Of a DNA stretch of 64,000 bases, positions 1 through 13,785 are shown piece by piece. How positions within the stretch are numbered: the first letter of the stretch is position 1; each line of letters begins with the position of its first letter. Source of the stretch: Trichoplax sp. H2 (lineage: Eukaryota); NCBI GenBank assembly GCA_003344405.1, contig NOWV01000012.1:124001-188000 (forward strand), written 5' to 3'. A program made the translations under genes and the position numbers. The notes beneath the pieces are model-generated. The model was not told the origin of the DNA. It saw only the letters and a program-made list of their open reading frames with translations, and searched no databases.

Positions 1-1305
1 TATAAATTCGTTTTGAACTATTGTAGATATTGAAGAAATAAGAAGTTGAAGAATCGCGATCAGATATTTCGTGAGATAATTTTATTATGTCTCCACCTAA
101 CTTGCAGTCGAAATTAAATTGTTACAAACTTACAAATAATGACGAAGTGTCGCAAAATTTCAAATTAATTACCTTATAACCTTTTTATATTCGCTCTTAT
201 TTTAATGAGAATAAACAGTTATTCTTATGAAGAATTACCTATGGAAATAACTCCCAACATGGAAAGGGAAGTACTCGTATAACACATTTAGACTAAAATA
301 GAAATATTTTTCTATCTAATAACGTAGTCTATCCGCCACTAGAAATACGATCATTTCTCAAATAATGGTCTTAGAATATATACCTTTCACTAGTCCTGCA
401 ATCTACTTTGCTACGGGCATATTCGATATTAGACATCGTAACGCTGTCAGCATATAGAAATATGCAAGAATTCACAGAAGTGTGGATGAAATCTTATACC
501 AATAATCATTTAATCTGCCTCAATTATTAATAGCAAAAGTAATGTAAGGTATCAAGATATACGCCAGTCGCTAAATTATGCTATAATTTTCTAACTTTGA
601 CCATTATCTATCATAACGTAGCATTAGGTGAGCATTACATAAAGAACAGTAGAACAAGAGAGAATACGTGTATGTTTAAAATTAAATTTATGCTAGAAAA
701 ATGACTCATGCTACTATTATTGATATGAAATATCAACATTTTATAAATTAGTCACGCGAAATCGGCAAACTTGCTGTGTTACTAGGTCATTGCATGCTAT
801 GTAGTCGTCTACGTACAGTGTGACATACAAACACGCTGCGCCTGCTTACCTGCCTGAGGTATGCATTTAATAAAGCAAATCTTAGTAACTTTGCATATGC
901 CTGAAAGTACGAAGAGAGCATTTTATTTCAATTTATTTCTAAAAGGAAATAATGCAAATCCTCAATTCTAAAAGGTAGTATTGAAATACTTTTGAAATAA
1001 TTGACAACAAAATCATTAGGATCTTCTTTGATCATTAGTCTCAACGATCACATGAATAGACTGGCGCTTGTATTATTCGTAATACTGTAATTGTATAGGT
1101 GATATAGTGGACTAAGTACATCAATTGATTCACATTACATCATCGCTCATATTAAGTTGAAAGTAGAGAATTTAATTTACGATATCTACATTCGTTTTTG
1201 TACAGCTGGGTGGTCGCGATGTCACGAAAGAAAAGAATAATCCAGAGTGACTGCCTAAAATAGTAATACTTTAATAAAAAATTACTAGCACTTGCTCCTA
1301 CACGA

Positions 1306-4300
1306 TTAACGCTTCTCAGGTTTTAAGGTTGGAGGTTTGAAAGCCGTCTTTTGATACTTTTCTTTATGTTTACTAACTCCTCCAGTTTTAAAATTCCTCC
1401 AATTATCAACTCTGTTCGTTCGAGATTTCTAAATATGCAATAAAGAGGAATTACAGTTACTATATGAAGAAAATCTATCAGCGTAGGGATGCAGTAAAAT
1501 TTCTTTAGATAACTCAACGCTGGCAATTCATCTATACTATTTTCTTGTTTATACCGTATTTATGTAATAGTATAATCTTGAATTCATACATAGTTCACGC
1601 TATAATTGTTTATCGGTTGATACATAAATACGATAGGATATAGGTATACAGTCAGTTACCTCCCAAGCATCTTTGAACTTTGCCTCCTTCTTTTTTCTTT
1701 CTTCTTCTACTATTTCTTCGTTCCTTTGACGCTTTCTACAAAGAGATTAAATTAACTAAACGTGCATCTATAAAAGATAACTTTGAAACATCTAATGCAT
1801 ATAAACAGGTAGTGCGCAATGATATCTTTAATAGATAAACTATTCCGATTTTAAGAGCTCCAAATTGATGTTTTTAAATTACTTTTCTTCGGTTTCTCTC
1901 CTTTCTAATTGCTTTCTTCTTAATTCGTAGTCGGCAAACAATTTAACTGTAGTGTTACGAACGAATTTCTTCATCTAGATATGTAAAAGAATTACTCCAA
2001 TTTAATTTTAAAATAGCATACAATCTTGGCTAAATTTTCATATCTTTCTTCCGATATCAAACGTTGTTACCAATTCAGGGTCTTTATCTTCCTCTATAGG
2101 TAAGTTGCCTAACTTTTTCGCCTCCTTACGCTTATCAGATAACTAAAACAGCATGATAATGTGGTGGGTGAAAGGTGATCAGTATTGCTACTTAATATAT
2201 ATATACTAAAAATCTAAAATTGTATTTCTATCGCACAAATACATGTTCAGAATAGCATTATATTGTATGAATATGATAGGCATAAGATTTTTACTTTTTT
2301 ACTGGATAGGGCCTTGGCATCTTCTATAATTTGCAATATTTTCTTAGTTTCATCTTCATCTTCCAATAATTTATAAGCTTTACTAATAGCTATCAGGAAA
2401 TAAATAACGTATCAATACATTGTATAGCTAACGAATCATTGTATGCTCGCATATTCATTTTGGCTAAAAATTAGGTCGAAAGACATTTTCATCATAAATA
2501 AGCATAATTGATAGTAACTGTTATATGTTGCAGATACAGTCAAAAATACTAGCACGGACTATCCTAATAATTATTTTAGGTTTCAACTCCGAAATTGATA
2601 AAATTTTTAGCTTGCCGAGACTACTGGCCTGCTGCAGTTTTAACAGCCGTGTTACTAGGAAACTGGTAGGGATTATTGAATGACTTTTAAGAAATTGCCG
2701 AAATGTTTTCAAACCATTTGCTAAATTAACAAGAGTCTACTATTCATACAGTGTAATATTAATCATCTTGTGCTTAATCAAGTACCGTAGTATCCCTAGA
2801 AATACACAAGCACGGGCAAAATTCTGCTGTATGAATAATGTAGGATTATTTACATTTACTTATTTAGATTACACACATTAAGATCTCACCATCAAACGCT
2901 TTACGAGCTGATTCTTCTCGTTCTAGATTCTTGTCAGGATGTACCAGTATAGAGAGCTAATAAGAGAATAGGATTTTCCAAAATGATTACAATCGAATTA
3001 GCGTTGGTATGCGTCCATTGTACAGTATGGCGACAAATCGTATATAAAGAACATTTGTAAAATTAAGATGGATACATGAACGCGATTTAAACTCTTTGTT
3101 ACTGTAAAGTAAAATAAACTTTGTAGGAGGTAGTGTTATTATCATAATCAATTTATTACCGTTCGATATTTTTTCTTCAGTTCGGTTTTATCGGCTGAAG
3201 GATCAGCTTGCAATACCTGAAAATGTGTAAAATAAAGATAAGATTTCAACTTGATGGAATACGTTATCAAAGACGATATAGATTGCATATTGTAGTGCAA
3301 TAGTAAGACACTACATCGGTGTCCAAAAAGTTCAAGCCGCAATTTTGTACACTGTATTTTGAAGTTGAGTAGTTGAAGCGGATTTAAAAATGATAACGTG
3401 CTGGCTTATAGACAGTATTATTGTCTTTATCAAATGCTATATTCCAACATATTATTATAATACAGTAGTGGCAAAGGACGTAGAAATGATAGTACGCAGC
3501 ACTAACTAGTTGAAAGCAGTGTGTTTGTCGCTAGCTATCTGGTGAATTAGACCATATCATGACGCATAATCAACGTTAATTATAATCCGAGTTAGCAGTG
3601 TATCATGTACATGTATATCAAGACTTTAGCTAAGCTTCCAATAATAATCAAATCATTAAAACTTTAAAAGTAAGATAACCCTACAGTATCTTGTACAATA
3701 TTGTTTGAGGTAAGCTGAATTTTGTGAATAAGGTTTTAATGGTAGTATTGTACGCTTGAACATGATTAGCAATAACTCACTACAAAGGTGAATGACAGTA
3801 AATTTTTTATATTATAAGATTAAGTACATATACATCCTATTTGCCGATGAACTAATGATTTGTATTGTTGATGAGTCAGTTGAAAGGAGAAGACTGCATG
3901 TAAGAGCCCTGGTAAGAATGTAAAGTACATGTCGACATGATCAAATGTAAGGATTTCCAAAATAGCGAGTGATTTTTTTGGATATGTTGTACACGTACAT
4001 ATATTGTATAGTCAAGGTAATGATCTAGGTATTTTACAGTTACAGTACAATACAATGATGAAAAATGATGATACGGCTAAGTTACAAACCTCGAAAGGGT
4101 TTAGATTAAGATAACTGGATCCAGGTTTAGTGAGGCGTTGAATTTGTTGCTCACTTGTTAGTACGGAATCGCGTTTTTCAATAGCTTTGACCTAAAATGG
4201 AATGGTAATGACAGAATTGGGTAGATTGAGCTTTGAGCCCTTTTCACCAGGCAACGAAAATACGAGTATGCCCATCGATGATTATGCAATCGTTTGGGAG

Positions 4301-4372
4301 AGATATTACCTCTGTCAGGAAATTCTTGAAACTATCATCTGGTGGATTTTGATTCGTTCCGCCACTTGCCAT
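1306..4372 (-). CDS. DNAJC8: DnaJ homolog subfamily C member 8 (SPF31), 9 exons
   Basis: Spliced translation MASGGTNQNPPDDSFKNFLTE|VKAIEKRDSVLTSEQQIQRLTKPGSSYLNLNPFE|VLQADP...KKKYRT|LSILVHPDKN...RVDNWRNFK...FKPPTLKPEKR*. J-domain HPD motif present; GT-AG introns; exon 1 4310-4372, exon 2 4090-4191, stop 1306-1308. Confidence 0.93.
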
Positions 4373-4513
4373 ATTGAATGCTTGCAGTTGCTATCAACAG
4401 CAATTTTACACCTTCCAACGATTGGATCATTGATGGACAATTTCACCTTGATCCATTGGATTGGCGGGTACAGTGAAAAGCGCACCAAGATTGTGTGCGA
4501 ACAGTTCAGTCCA

Positions 4514-4925
4514 CTGTATACTGTAGCTGTCCTCGTACCGTACACTGTACTGTGTACGGTACGTACAGTACAGTACTGTGGCGGCTACAGTACGGTACGA
4601 CGGATGGAAAACTGGGGTGACATTTTCAATTGAAAAGACTGTACAGTGTACAGTACTGTATTGTACAGTATACTGTACACTATACACTGTACTATATTGT
4701 CATTCAATGTACTGTACAGTACACTGTACTGTACAATAGTCAATACGCTACTTTACAGTACCGAGTACTGTGAACTGTACAGGGTACTGTAAGTATTATA
4801 CTGTAAAGTCGCTCAGTTATACTGTATTTGTAAGGCACTGAAATATACTGTACATACTCTCGTTGTGCAACAAACCTCAAATTAAGAACTGTATCTCTAA
4901 AAAAGGACTACTCTACAGTACTGCA
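4514..4925. promoter_or_regulatory. TACAG/CTGTA palindromic tract upstream of DNAJC8
   Basis: Dense ACTGTACAGT/CAGTACTG units about 140-550 bp upstream of the ATG. Confidence 0.6.
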
Positions 4926-5034
4926 TGTCTGCATACAGTAATCAGGATTAATCATGAAAACAAAGAAAACCTCTAGGGATATTTTCTTTCTTTTACCTCG
5001 ATGGGAAAAACCCAGTTCACCTTTCAATTTTTAA

Positions 5035-5244
5035 CTGAGGCACTAACTGAGATACAGTACTGAAAGCAACAGAGATTGTTTTCCTTCACTCAGGCACTAA
5101 CTGAAATACCGTACTGAAAGCAACAGAGATTGTTGTTTTGGTTCGCTGAGGCGCTTACTGAAATACAGTACGGAAAGCAACAGAGATTGCTTTCCTTCGC
5201 TTGGGCACTTACTGAAATACAGTACTGAAAGCAACAGAGATTGT
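5035..5244. repeat. 54/57-bp minisatellite, left copy, truncated by N gap
   Basis: Unit ~GAGGCACTWACTGARATACAGTACTGAAAGCAACAGAGATTG plus a 12-15 nt tail; about 3.5 units before the gap. Confidence 0.9.
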
Positions 5245-5264
5245 NNNNNNNNNNNNNNNNNNNN

Positions 5265-6350
5265 GAAAATACGAGTATGCCCATCGATGATTATGCAATC
5301 GTTTGGGAGAGATATTACCTCTGTCAGGAAATTCTTGAAACTATCATCTGGTGGATTTTGATTCGTTCCGTCGCTTGCCATATTGAATGCTTGCAGTTGC
5401 TATCAACAGCAATTTTACACCTTCCAACGATTGGATCATTGATGGACAATTTCACCTTGATCCATTGGATTGGCGGGTACAGTGAAAAGCGCACCAAGAT
5501 TGTGTGCGGACAGTTCAGTCCACTGTAGCTGTCCTCGTACCGTACACTGTACAGTGTACGGTACGTACAGTACAGTACTGTGGCGGCTACAGTACGGTAC
5601 GACGGATGGAAAATTGGGGTGACATTTTCAATTGAAAAGACTGTACAGTGTACAGTACTGTATTGTACAGTATACTGTACACTGTACACTGTACAGTACA
5701 GTACCGTGGCGGCTACAGTACGGTGGATGGAAAATTTCAGTTTTAATTGAAAAGACAGTACTGTACGGTACTGCACCGTACTGTACTGTACAGTGTACAG
5801 TATTGTCATTCAATATACTGTACACTGTACTGTACAATACAGTAGTCAATACGCTACTTTACAGTACTGAGTACTGTGAACTGTACAGGGTACTGTAAAC
5901 ATTATACTGTAAAGTCGCTCAGTTACACAGTATTTGTAAGGCACTGAAATATACTGTACAGTACAGTACTGTACTGTACATACTCTCGTTGTGCAACAAA
6001 CCTCAAATTAAGAACTGTACAGTATCTCTAAAAAAGGACTACTGTACTGCATGTCTGCATACAGTAATCAGGATTAATCATGAAAACAAAGAAAACCTCT
6101 AGGGATATTTTCTTTTACCTCGATGGGAAAAACCCAGTTCACCAGAGGCACTAACTGAGATACAGTACTGAAAGCAACAGAGATTGTTTTCCTTCACTCA
6201 GGCACTAACTGAAATAACGTACTGAAAGCAACAGAGATTGTTGTTTTGGTTCGCTGAGGCGCTTACTGAAATACAGTACGGAAAGCAACAGAGATTGCTT
6301 TCCTTCGCTTGGGCACTTACTTAAATACAGTACTGAAAGCAACAGAGATA
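5265..6350. repeat. Near-identical second copy of ~4256-5244 (DNAJC8 exon 1, promoter and start of minisatellite); probable uncollapsed haplotype
   Basis: Starts immediately after the N run (5245-5264). Exon-1 copy at 5319-5381 encodes MASDGTNQ versus MASGGTNQ; differences are SNPs and repeat-unit indels. Confidence 0.8.
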
Positions 6351-6705
6351 GTTGTTTTGGTTCGCTGAGGCACTTACTGAATACACTACTGAAAGTAACA
6401 GAGACTGTTGTTTTGGTTCGCTGAGGCACTTACTGAGGTACAATACTGAAAGCAACAGAGATTGTTGTTTTGGTTCACTGAGGCACTTACTGAGATACAG
6501 TACTGAAAGCAACTGAGATTGTCGTTTTGGTTCACTAAGGCACTAACTGAAATACAGTACTGAAAGCAACAGAGATTGTGCTTTTCGCTTACTAAGGCAC
6601 TAACTGAAATACAGTACTGAAAGCAACTGAGATTGTGCTTTTCGCTCACTAAGGCACTAATTGAAATACAGTACTGAAAGTAACAGAGATTGTTTTCGTT
6701 CGCTT
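6145..6705. repeat. 54/57-bp minisatellite, about 10 units
   Basis: Tandem units with conserved core ACTGAAATACAGTACTGAAAGCAACAGAGATTG. Confidence 0.92.
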
Positions 6706-8835
6706 GAAAAATATTGAACATTGACAGTACTGTAGTGGCAATTTGACACACAGTATTAAGTGCTACAGTACCATGAAATAATACCATCAAAACGCCCGCA
6801 AGCAGCAGTTGAAATGACAACAAAAAGCTTCTCCAATGAATGAACTGCTGTTGCCTTCACTATATAGTCGGTACAGTAGCGCATTAACCATCATGAATTG
6901 CTAGATTATATAGTCATCATCACGCTATTCATGATGGGATTATGACTATTACAAGTTAAGACTATGTCAAATGAAGATGATGCATCACCACTTTAGGGCA
7001 TTGGAGGGCAAATTGAAGTATTTCAACTCTTCAATACGGTCCCAAACTAGACAGGCATGCTGGCAGGGATTACTAAAAGAATCCTGCTAATACGATACCG
7101 TCATAAAGTCCAAACAATATGATTGTAATGAAGTAGATGTCTTAGCATGTCGACTGCAGCTATGCTGTCCATTTTACTATATAGTAGGCCTACGAAAAGG
7201 AATCCCCCATTGAAAGGGACTTATTGTCAAATTGTCGTGGTCATCATCAAGCTAGTTGCAATAACTTTGAAATTGACTATACAAGCGGTAAATGAAATTA
7301 ACTCTAAATTACGGTATACTTAATTATTGTAAAATTTAATAATAATAATAGCAATAATAGATAGTCATATTAAAAATGAGATATCGGTCATAATAAATCA
7401 TATTTCCAAACCAGTCTAATGATAATTATCATCAGGGATTGCTCAATTCGTTCCTTCATGCACGATCGGCACACTTACAAAATTATTGTTCATATCCATA
7501 GTCCGTCTACTCACACTCAATCTTGTACAAAGAATTGACTCTGCACTATCGTTTTAAAACAAGATAGTGAGAAATACTGATTGAATAGGACAGGCTGTGA
7601 CAACTATTCAACGGTGTTGTCTTGTTGTTTGCTATTTAATTTGCATAATATATCAAAAATCCACCACATGCGTATCTTGATTCAATATTGATCTTTTGTT
7701 TATTCGCATTAATTAATGATAAATACAAGGTATTATTAATATTATCCTCTTGTTGAACAGTTATAGACTATTGGTAATCTTACTTTACCAAACGTTGACA
7801 AAAAATAGATAATTTTGCAATTGCTATGATAATAAATGGAAGATTGATAAAGGAAATTCTGTTGGGTTACCACGCAGTCTCGCTATAGGGTGCGCACCAT
7901 TCATTATTATTCTGATTATTATTTTTTGTTATTTTGATTTCCTTTATATTATATCATGAGAAAATTAGTAATCAAGCATTGGATCGATGCATACCCAGTA
8001 TTTGACATTTGCTAAAACAACAAAGTAGTATCATATTATTATCAAAGAGTACGACAATGAGCTGCATCAACAGTACTACATCTATTGCACTCAAACACCT
8101 CTAAGGAACGAGTTGAAATTTCTCTTAGATACTTCTGGTCTAGAGAATACCATTCTATAGTATATACTATAAATTAATTTCCATCTCGGTGGAATTGGTC
8201 TAAATATTTTTTTCTGCTCTTCCAACATTTTTTCCGTACTTTATTCATTTTTTTTTTGGTGTCCTCTGCTTGTTTCATGCAAGGCAAATCTACTGTAGCT
8301 GTAACTTGGGTAAGTATCGAATAAATCATATTAATGTAATAGAATAGAATGCCTGCCATTTTGTGTACTTTTACCATTATGCGCACACTGTATCTTGCTA
8401 AGATATACTGTAGGATGTATTTTTTCTTGAAATTAAATTAAGTGCAGTGCAATACAAACATTGAACACAATTTTCTATCAATTTTTCATCATTAATACTT
8501 ATTGTCTACTCGATACTTGTATCTTATTATTGCACTACTTTAGAGCTGAAATATTGATTAACTGCGATAATAAATTTTGAAGTTAGTATTATCTTCATTA
8601 ATATTTCCTCTTTTCAATTTACCCTTACCATAATTTACACTCGTACTTTGTAATTGATCGCAGTTTTATGTTTTATCTCTATCGTTCGTTTCCTTTTTCT
8701 CTTTTTAGTTTACAAAATATCATTTTATGATTGTTGGTTATCGAGTATCTTATCTCTATTTTTTGTCCATCTTAAATAGTTTGAACAACAGTCTCATTTT
8801 GCAAACAAAGATCATTCCTAAATTAATCAAGATAC

Positions 8836-11800
8836 ATGGCGGGTGGTGGTAATAATCGTCAACGCTTTTCAACAACGACCTCAATTGCTGAATATTTGAA
8901 ACAGTTACTAAGGGATAAACACAATGTCTCTACTTGTGCTCCAAACACATTCCTTCACTGCGAACGCCTTCTCAATGAGGGTAAGTTTACTAAATTAAAA
9001 GTATTAATCAAAATTTCACTGCATCTTCTATCCTTGTACAGTAATCCGCTAAATTCTATTGTTACAAATCTACCCGCCATCAATCGTTGGAGATAATTGA
9101 TAACAGAATTATTGCGACCTTTGCTAGTAAAAGTTAATTTTTCCCATGATTAAAAGCTAAATGAATATTTCAAATTAAGTTACCAACATCTTAGCACTTT
9201 CTTTCATCGCTATAAATTATCGTTATTATCAATAGAATAAGATAATGAATAGAATATTTGTATATAATTATTGGATGTTTTGTTTCAACTTAGTCCAAAA
9301 TTCTGTCAACTATTAACACCATTTTTATCCATCGTAATCTCTTCATGAACAGTAAAATATTACTTGAAGCCATCATAATAATATTGGCTATAGATCTAAG
9401 TGCATTATCTAACTTGTATGCTATCAGACTGATTTATCCTTATTATTATTTGTTGTCCATCATTTTTTTTTGGACAAGTGGGTAAGCGATTAATGAAATT
9501 TAGCAACTGCTTTGTTTCTAGATTCATTAACAATGTTAAGATAAGTTGATTAACCCGACTATCAGTCTCCATGAACAAATATCAGTTCGTATTTAAGTCA
9601 TGACATGCCCGATAGAATATAGAATACCTATCTCTTTCCTATTGCTCTTTTTAAATAACGATCGCGTATTCTAAAATAAATCCGAATCCCCCTCCCTCTC
9701 AGAAAACGATGAGATCAAATTAAAATGAGTTGCATATTAAACTTGACAATTATATTTCTGTCAAGTACGTAATGGTCAAAAATTATGATAATTATAAGTA
9801 GCCGTACAGAAAATCGATCAAGTCTAGACGATACTCAAGTAGAAGCCATTTCATCCTTAAAGGCTATTATAGAATTTACAACCGAAGCAACATAACTATT
9901 ATTGTCATACGTAATTCGTTGATGAAAAGTAATGTACCGTAGTATCGCTTTGCCATTTGCCATATACAGTATTTAGCATTGAGTACTCGGTATAAAAACA
10001 GCTTAAAATAGTGCTCGCATCGTTCATTCCATCTCAGGGATGAAGCTAGGGTAGTAGCATTTTAGTCATATTTATCTGCCGCTTATTTAGTATTATTACT
10101 TGCTACAAAGGATATTAGAAAAGGTATTATTATATATTATCGAAAGGATTCGCTAGAGTAAATTCTTTAATTACCTTGTGTTGAGTACTCGTACCAAAAA
10201 ATAATTTTATGCAAAAAATGTAAGAAAAAGAGATAATAGTTGCATACACTTGGGCATAATATGTATTCATACAAATTTATTTTACGTTAATCCTACACAA
10301 TGTTAGTACTATAATTTAAAGAATATTAAATCAATTTCGTCTCACCGTTATTACCGCAATCTGGTTGCAAATGACCCAACTAAAGAGAATAATAAAGTTA
10401 CAGTTTCCTAAAGTAAAGTAATTGGCATTTTATCAATTGCTTGTCTGGTTACTAATCAATAGCGATAGTTAGTACTGTATTCCCATAAATTGAATTATAA
10501 ACCACATTGTATAAACCAGCTTGTGATTCCAATAAATCAGTTTAGCATCAGTCGATGCATAACAACAAGTCGCTCATTTACGTTCAATTTATTACACTAG
10601 TCTTCGATTATCTATTTCCATGTTTTGCATAGGATGCAACAGCTAAGGCTACCACGATACAACGTCGTTGATGTTGTATGACATGCGTTAATAATTTCCA
10701 ATTTCCATCATTTATCATTATTTTATTTCAATGGTTATTTTAAGCGCAATAGTTACACTAGTTCCTTTGTAGATATAATAGCGTAGGTGATGATGTTGAA
10801 TGATTGTACTGATTTTGGGCTATAAATCTACCAGTAAGCAAACCTATCCTGATCAATATAATTGAGGTTTTTAATTCTATATAATCTTAAATTTTGTGTT
10901 ACTAAATTAGAAAGCCAACAATACTTATATACTTATAATCGAATCGACAAAGTCTAAATAACTTTGTAAATCTCAATTTTTCATTAATTTAAAATACTTG
11001 AACTTTCACGATTACGGATTAAATCAAACACAAAACTGAATATGAACAAACTAAAATACTGAAGTCAGAAATGCAGTTGCTAATGAAGGCGCTATTCAAT
11101 AAATGGAATAATAGCAAGATTTTTAACGTAAATTATTATATTTGATCGTATGAGTGTGCAAAATTTTAAATTAGTAGATATTGATCAAGCCTATACAAAA
11201 ATCCTATAAAAAATTGATCGTTACTGTATTAATAAATTAGATTATCTTTCTAACTACTGTAATTACTAGAGTTACATAATGCAAAGCTTAAAGTTTAATT
11301 CTGTAACATAACAACATGCTACAAGTTAGTGTACGATCGATTTCATTATAATCATGTTATCACATCCAGATCGATAATTTGTCGCTATGTTAATCTATGG
11401 AGTGACATCTCACTAATGAATAAGCCATTAATTAGAAATAAAATACAAACTGCAAGTTGAAATAATAACTTTTCTTGCTTACTTTACTTTACGATGTTTA
11501 GTAATGATGGCGCATTGTTGCTAGTTGTATCATTCTACCTTTGCATATAAGTATGCGTAGGGAGTATTGATATTGGCTATCCTTATCATAATGGACAATA
11601 AACAGACTGATGCAATTTTTCTTTCAATTATTGTAATAATTAACATGTTATGATTAATTTTTAATTAAAATTCATAGATTGCTCAAACATATTCACAAAC
11701 ATTAATTTTATTAATTTGCCGTGAAATAACTGTATCGTTAGCACCATAGCTTAGATCGATACTTTAAGCTATAAATTAAAATATGATATACATATTTTAA

Positions 11801-13785
11801 TTCTAAATTGGCAATCAGATTACAGATCATTCTGTGGTCATGTAGTAGCTGAAATGATATCAATAGTTCCGAATTTTATAGCTGTATATCCGCACTTCCT
11901 TGCGAGATCGAACCTTTAATTTTTATGGTAATTTGGTTTGATGTTGTAGAAATTGAAAGAGTTAGAATGGAAATGATCGGACTTAAAGCAGAAAGCCCAA
12001 ATAGTTCATTTCTTGCTTCATTACCTGAACCTGAAGGTGACAAAGTTCAAATTATCGAGAAAGTCTTTATACCGGTTAATCGTTTTCCTAATGTGAGTAG
12101 CGATTTACTTTGTAGGCTAACATTACTACGTCAAATTTAAGATCAGTTTACTAGGCTTATGTTACAAATATGTAACATTATTTTTAATTCAAGTCGAATC
12201 AGTAATACCTTTCATCTGTTGATCCATTTATAATCGAGATGAAAACTAAATTTGATGTGTACTGAAGTCATGATATAGATTCTGGTTAAAAGCATGCGAA
12301 ATTATAGCGCAAGAATCGAGTTGTCTTCTAGTTCAGTATTTCTAATTATAATTCTAAAACTTGTATTTAGTATAATTTTGTAGGTCGACTTTTAGGCCCA
12401 AGGGGAATGACAATGAGACAGTTAGAACTTAATATAGGTTGCAAGGTGAAAATTCGAGGAAAAGGATCTCTCAGAGATAGAAAAAGAGTAAGTACTAAGA
12501 TAATCTAATGCTATATATAATCACTGAAAGGTAAAGAAAAGGACGTAATAGAAAAATTGTTAAACGCTAGAACTGATACGGCAAATACCTGAATCATCAA
12601 AACGTGTTTAATAAATTTAATGGAATTTGCAAATGTGCAAGGATTTTACATCTATATAAATGTGTGGATAGAAGCGTAACTTTTTTTAAAGTTAACCAAT
12701 CTGTGATGATTATTTTACAATGAACAAGTCATTGTGCGATATTACTGCTCCTATACTTAGTAGAACAGCGAATAAATTTTATTGTAGGCCTAATTTTGTC
12801 GTTGGGTCTATATGTGATACGTATTTGGTTTACCTAGCAATGTTGACATAACTTTAGATCATGTAGTAACTCATTAAACAAGCAAGCAGAGCACCTACAG
12901 TACCAAAATTATACTGCGGTAGATGTCCTTATATAGTATCTCATTCAATGACGAGAACTGCAGTCAGCAAATTCTTAACATATTTCACACATTGTCATTA
13001 GGAAGAACAACTAAGGGGCAAACAAAATTGGGAGCATTTACAAGAGGAATTGCATGTTGTTATCGAAGTGGAAGATACACCAACCAGGGCTCAAATCAAG
13101 TTAGAAAAAGCTAAGGATGAAATTAACAAACTATTAATTCCCGTGGTTAGTAATTTATCATCTTCATAATCATTTCATAACTTCTACACAACTAATAAAT
13201 TATGAGAATAAATTATGGACTTATGCTCTTATCAAAATTTAACGGATGACTTGAAATATAAAGTCTGAAGAAGATGACGAACTGAAACGAAAACAATTGG
13301 AAGATTTAAGGCTCTTGAATGGGGTAGAAGGTATGAGCTTTCTTCAACGAGATATGATAGTACAGTTTGGCAGTATAGCTGGTAATACAGCAATTTACTC
13401 AAAATGTTTATTTATTATATTAATTTTCAACAGCTGCACAAAATATGGATCCTACCAACAATTACAATAATGTTTACGCTACCGTTATTCCTAGTCCAGT
13501 TGATACTGGATTAATGCAGTATACTACAACTGGATCACTAGTTAGTGCATTTCAACCGTCATTAACTCAGTTGCAAAGTGGAATTATTGCATCACGAACA
13601 CCGACTACTTTAGTTCGACCTATGAGAATTCATGGTTAGCCTAATATACTGTACTAATATGCTTTAATAGTGTAAAAAATTTTATTGATGTTTATTTGTT
13701 AAAAGTGCTCTAAACCCTTGTACTAGGAGTAGTAACTGGAGACTACCTTAAACAGTATCGTGGACATCCATACAGACGATCTTAA
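8836..13785 (+). CDS. QKI: STAR-family KH-domain RNA-binding protein, Quaking/HOW-like, 7 exons
   Basis: QUA1 ([10 protein letters not shown]...[16 protein letters not shown]), KH ([18 protein letters not shown]...IRGKGSLRD...[17 protein letters not shown]), QUA2 ([17 protein letters not shown]), C-terminal RGHPYRRS*. Exons 8836-8980, 11950-12092, 12371-12487, 13002-13145, 13264-13330, 13434-13634, 13727-13785. Confidence 0.9.

Noticed and set aside
4202-5898. ORFs rich in YSTVQY/TVLYC (also at 26171-26497, 36218-36442, 54601-54825)
   Set aside because: Translations of the TACAG tracts, or antisense to DNAJC8 exon 1; not real proteins.
6145-6705. CRISPR-like array (conserved core plus variable tail)
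   Set aside because: The tails are short and homologous to each other, there are no cas genes, and the context is eukaryotic; it is a minisatellite.
6386-6823. 145-aa Cys-rich repeat ORF (NLCCFQYCISVSA)n with hydrophobic leader
   Set aside because: It starts at TTG, has a stop and frame change within the array and no dibasic sites; best explained as chance translation of a repeat with unit length 3n.
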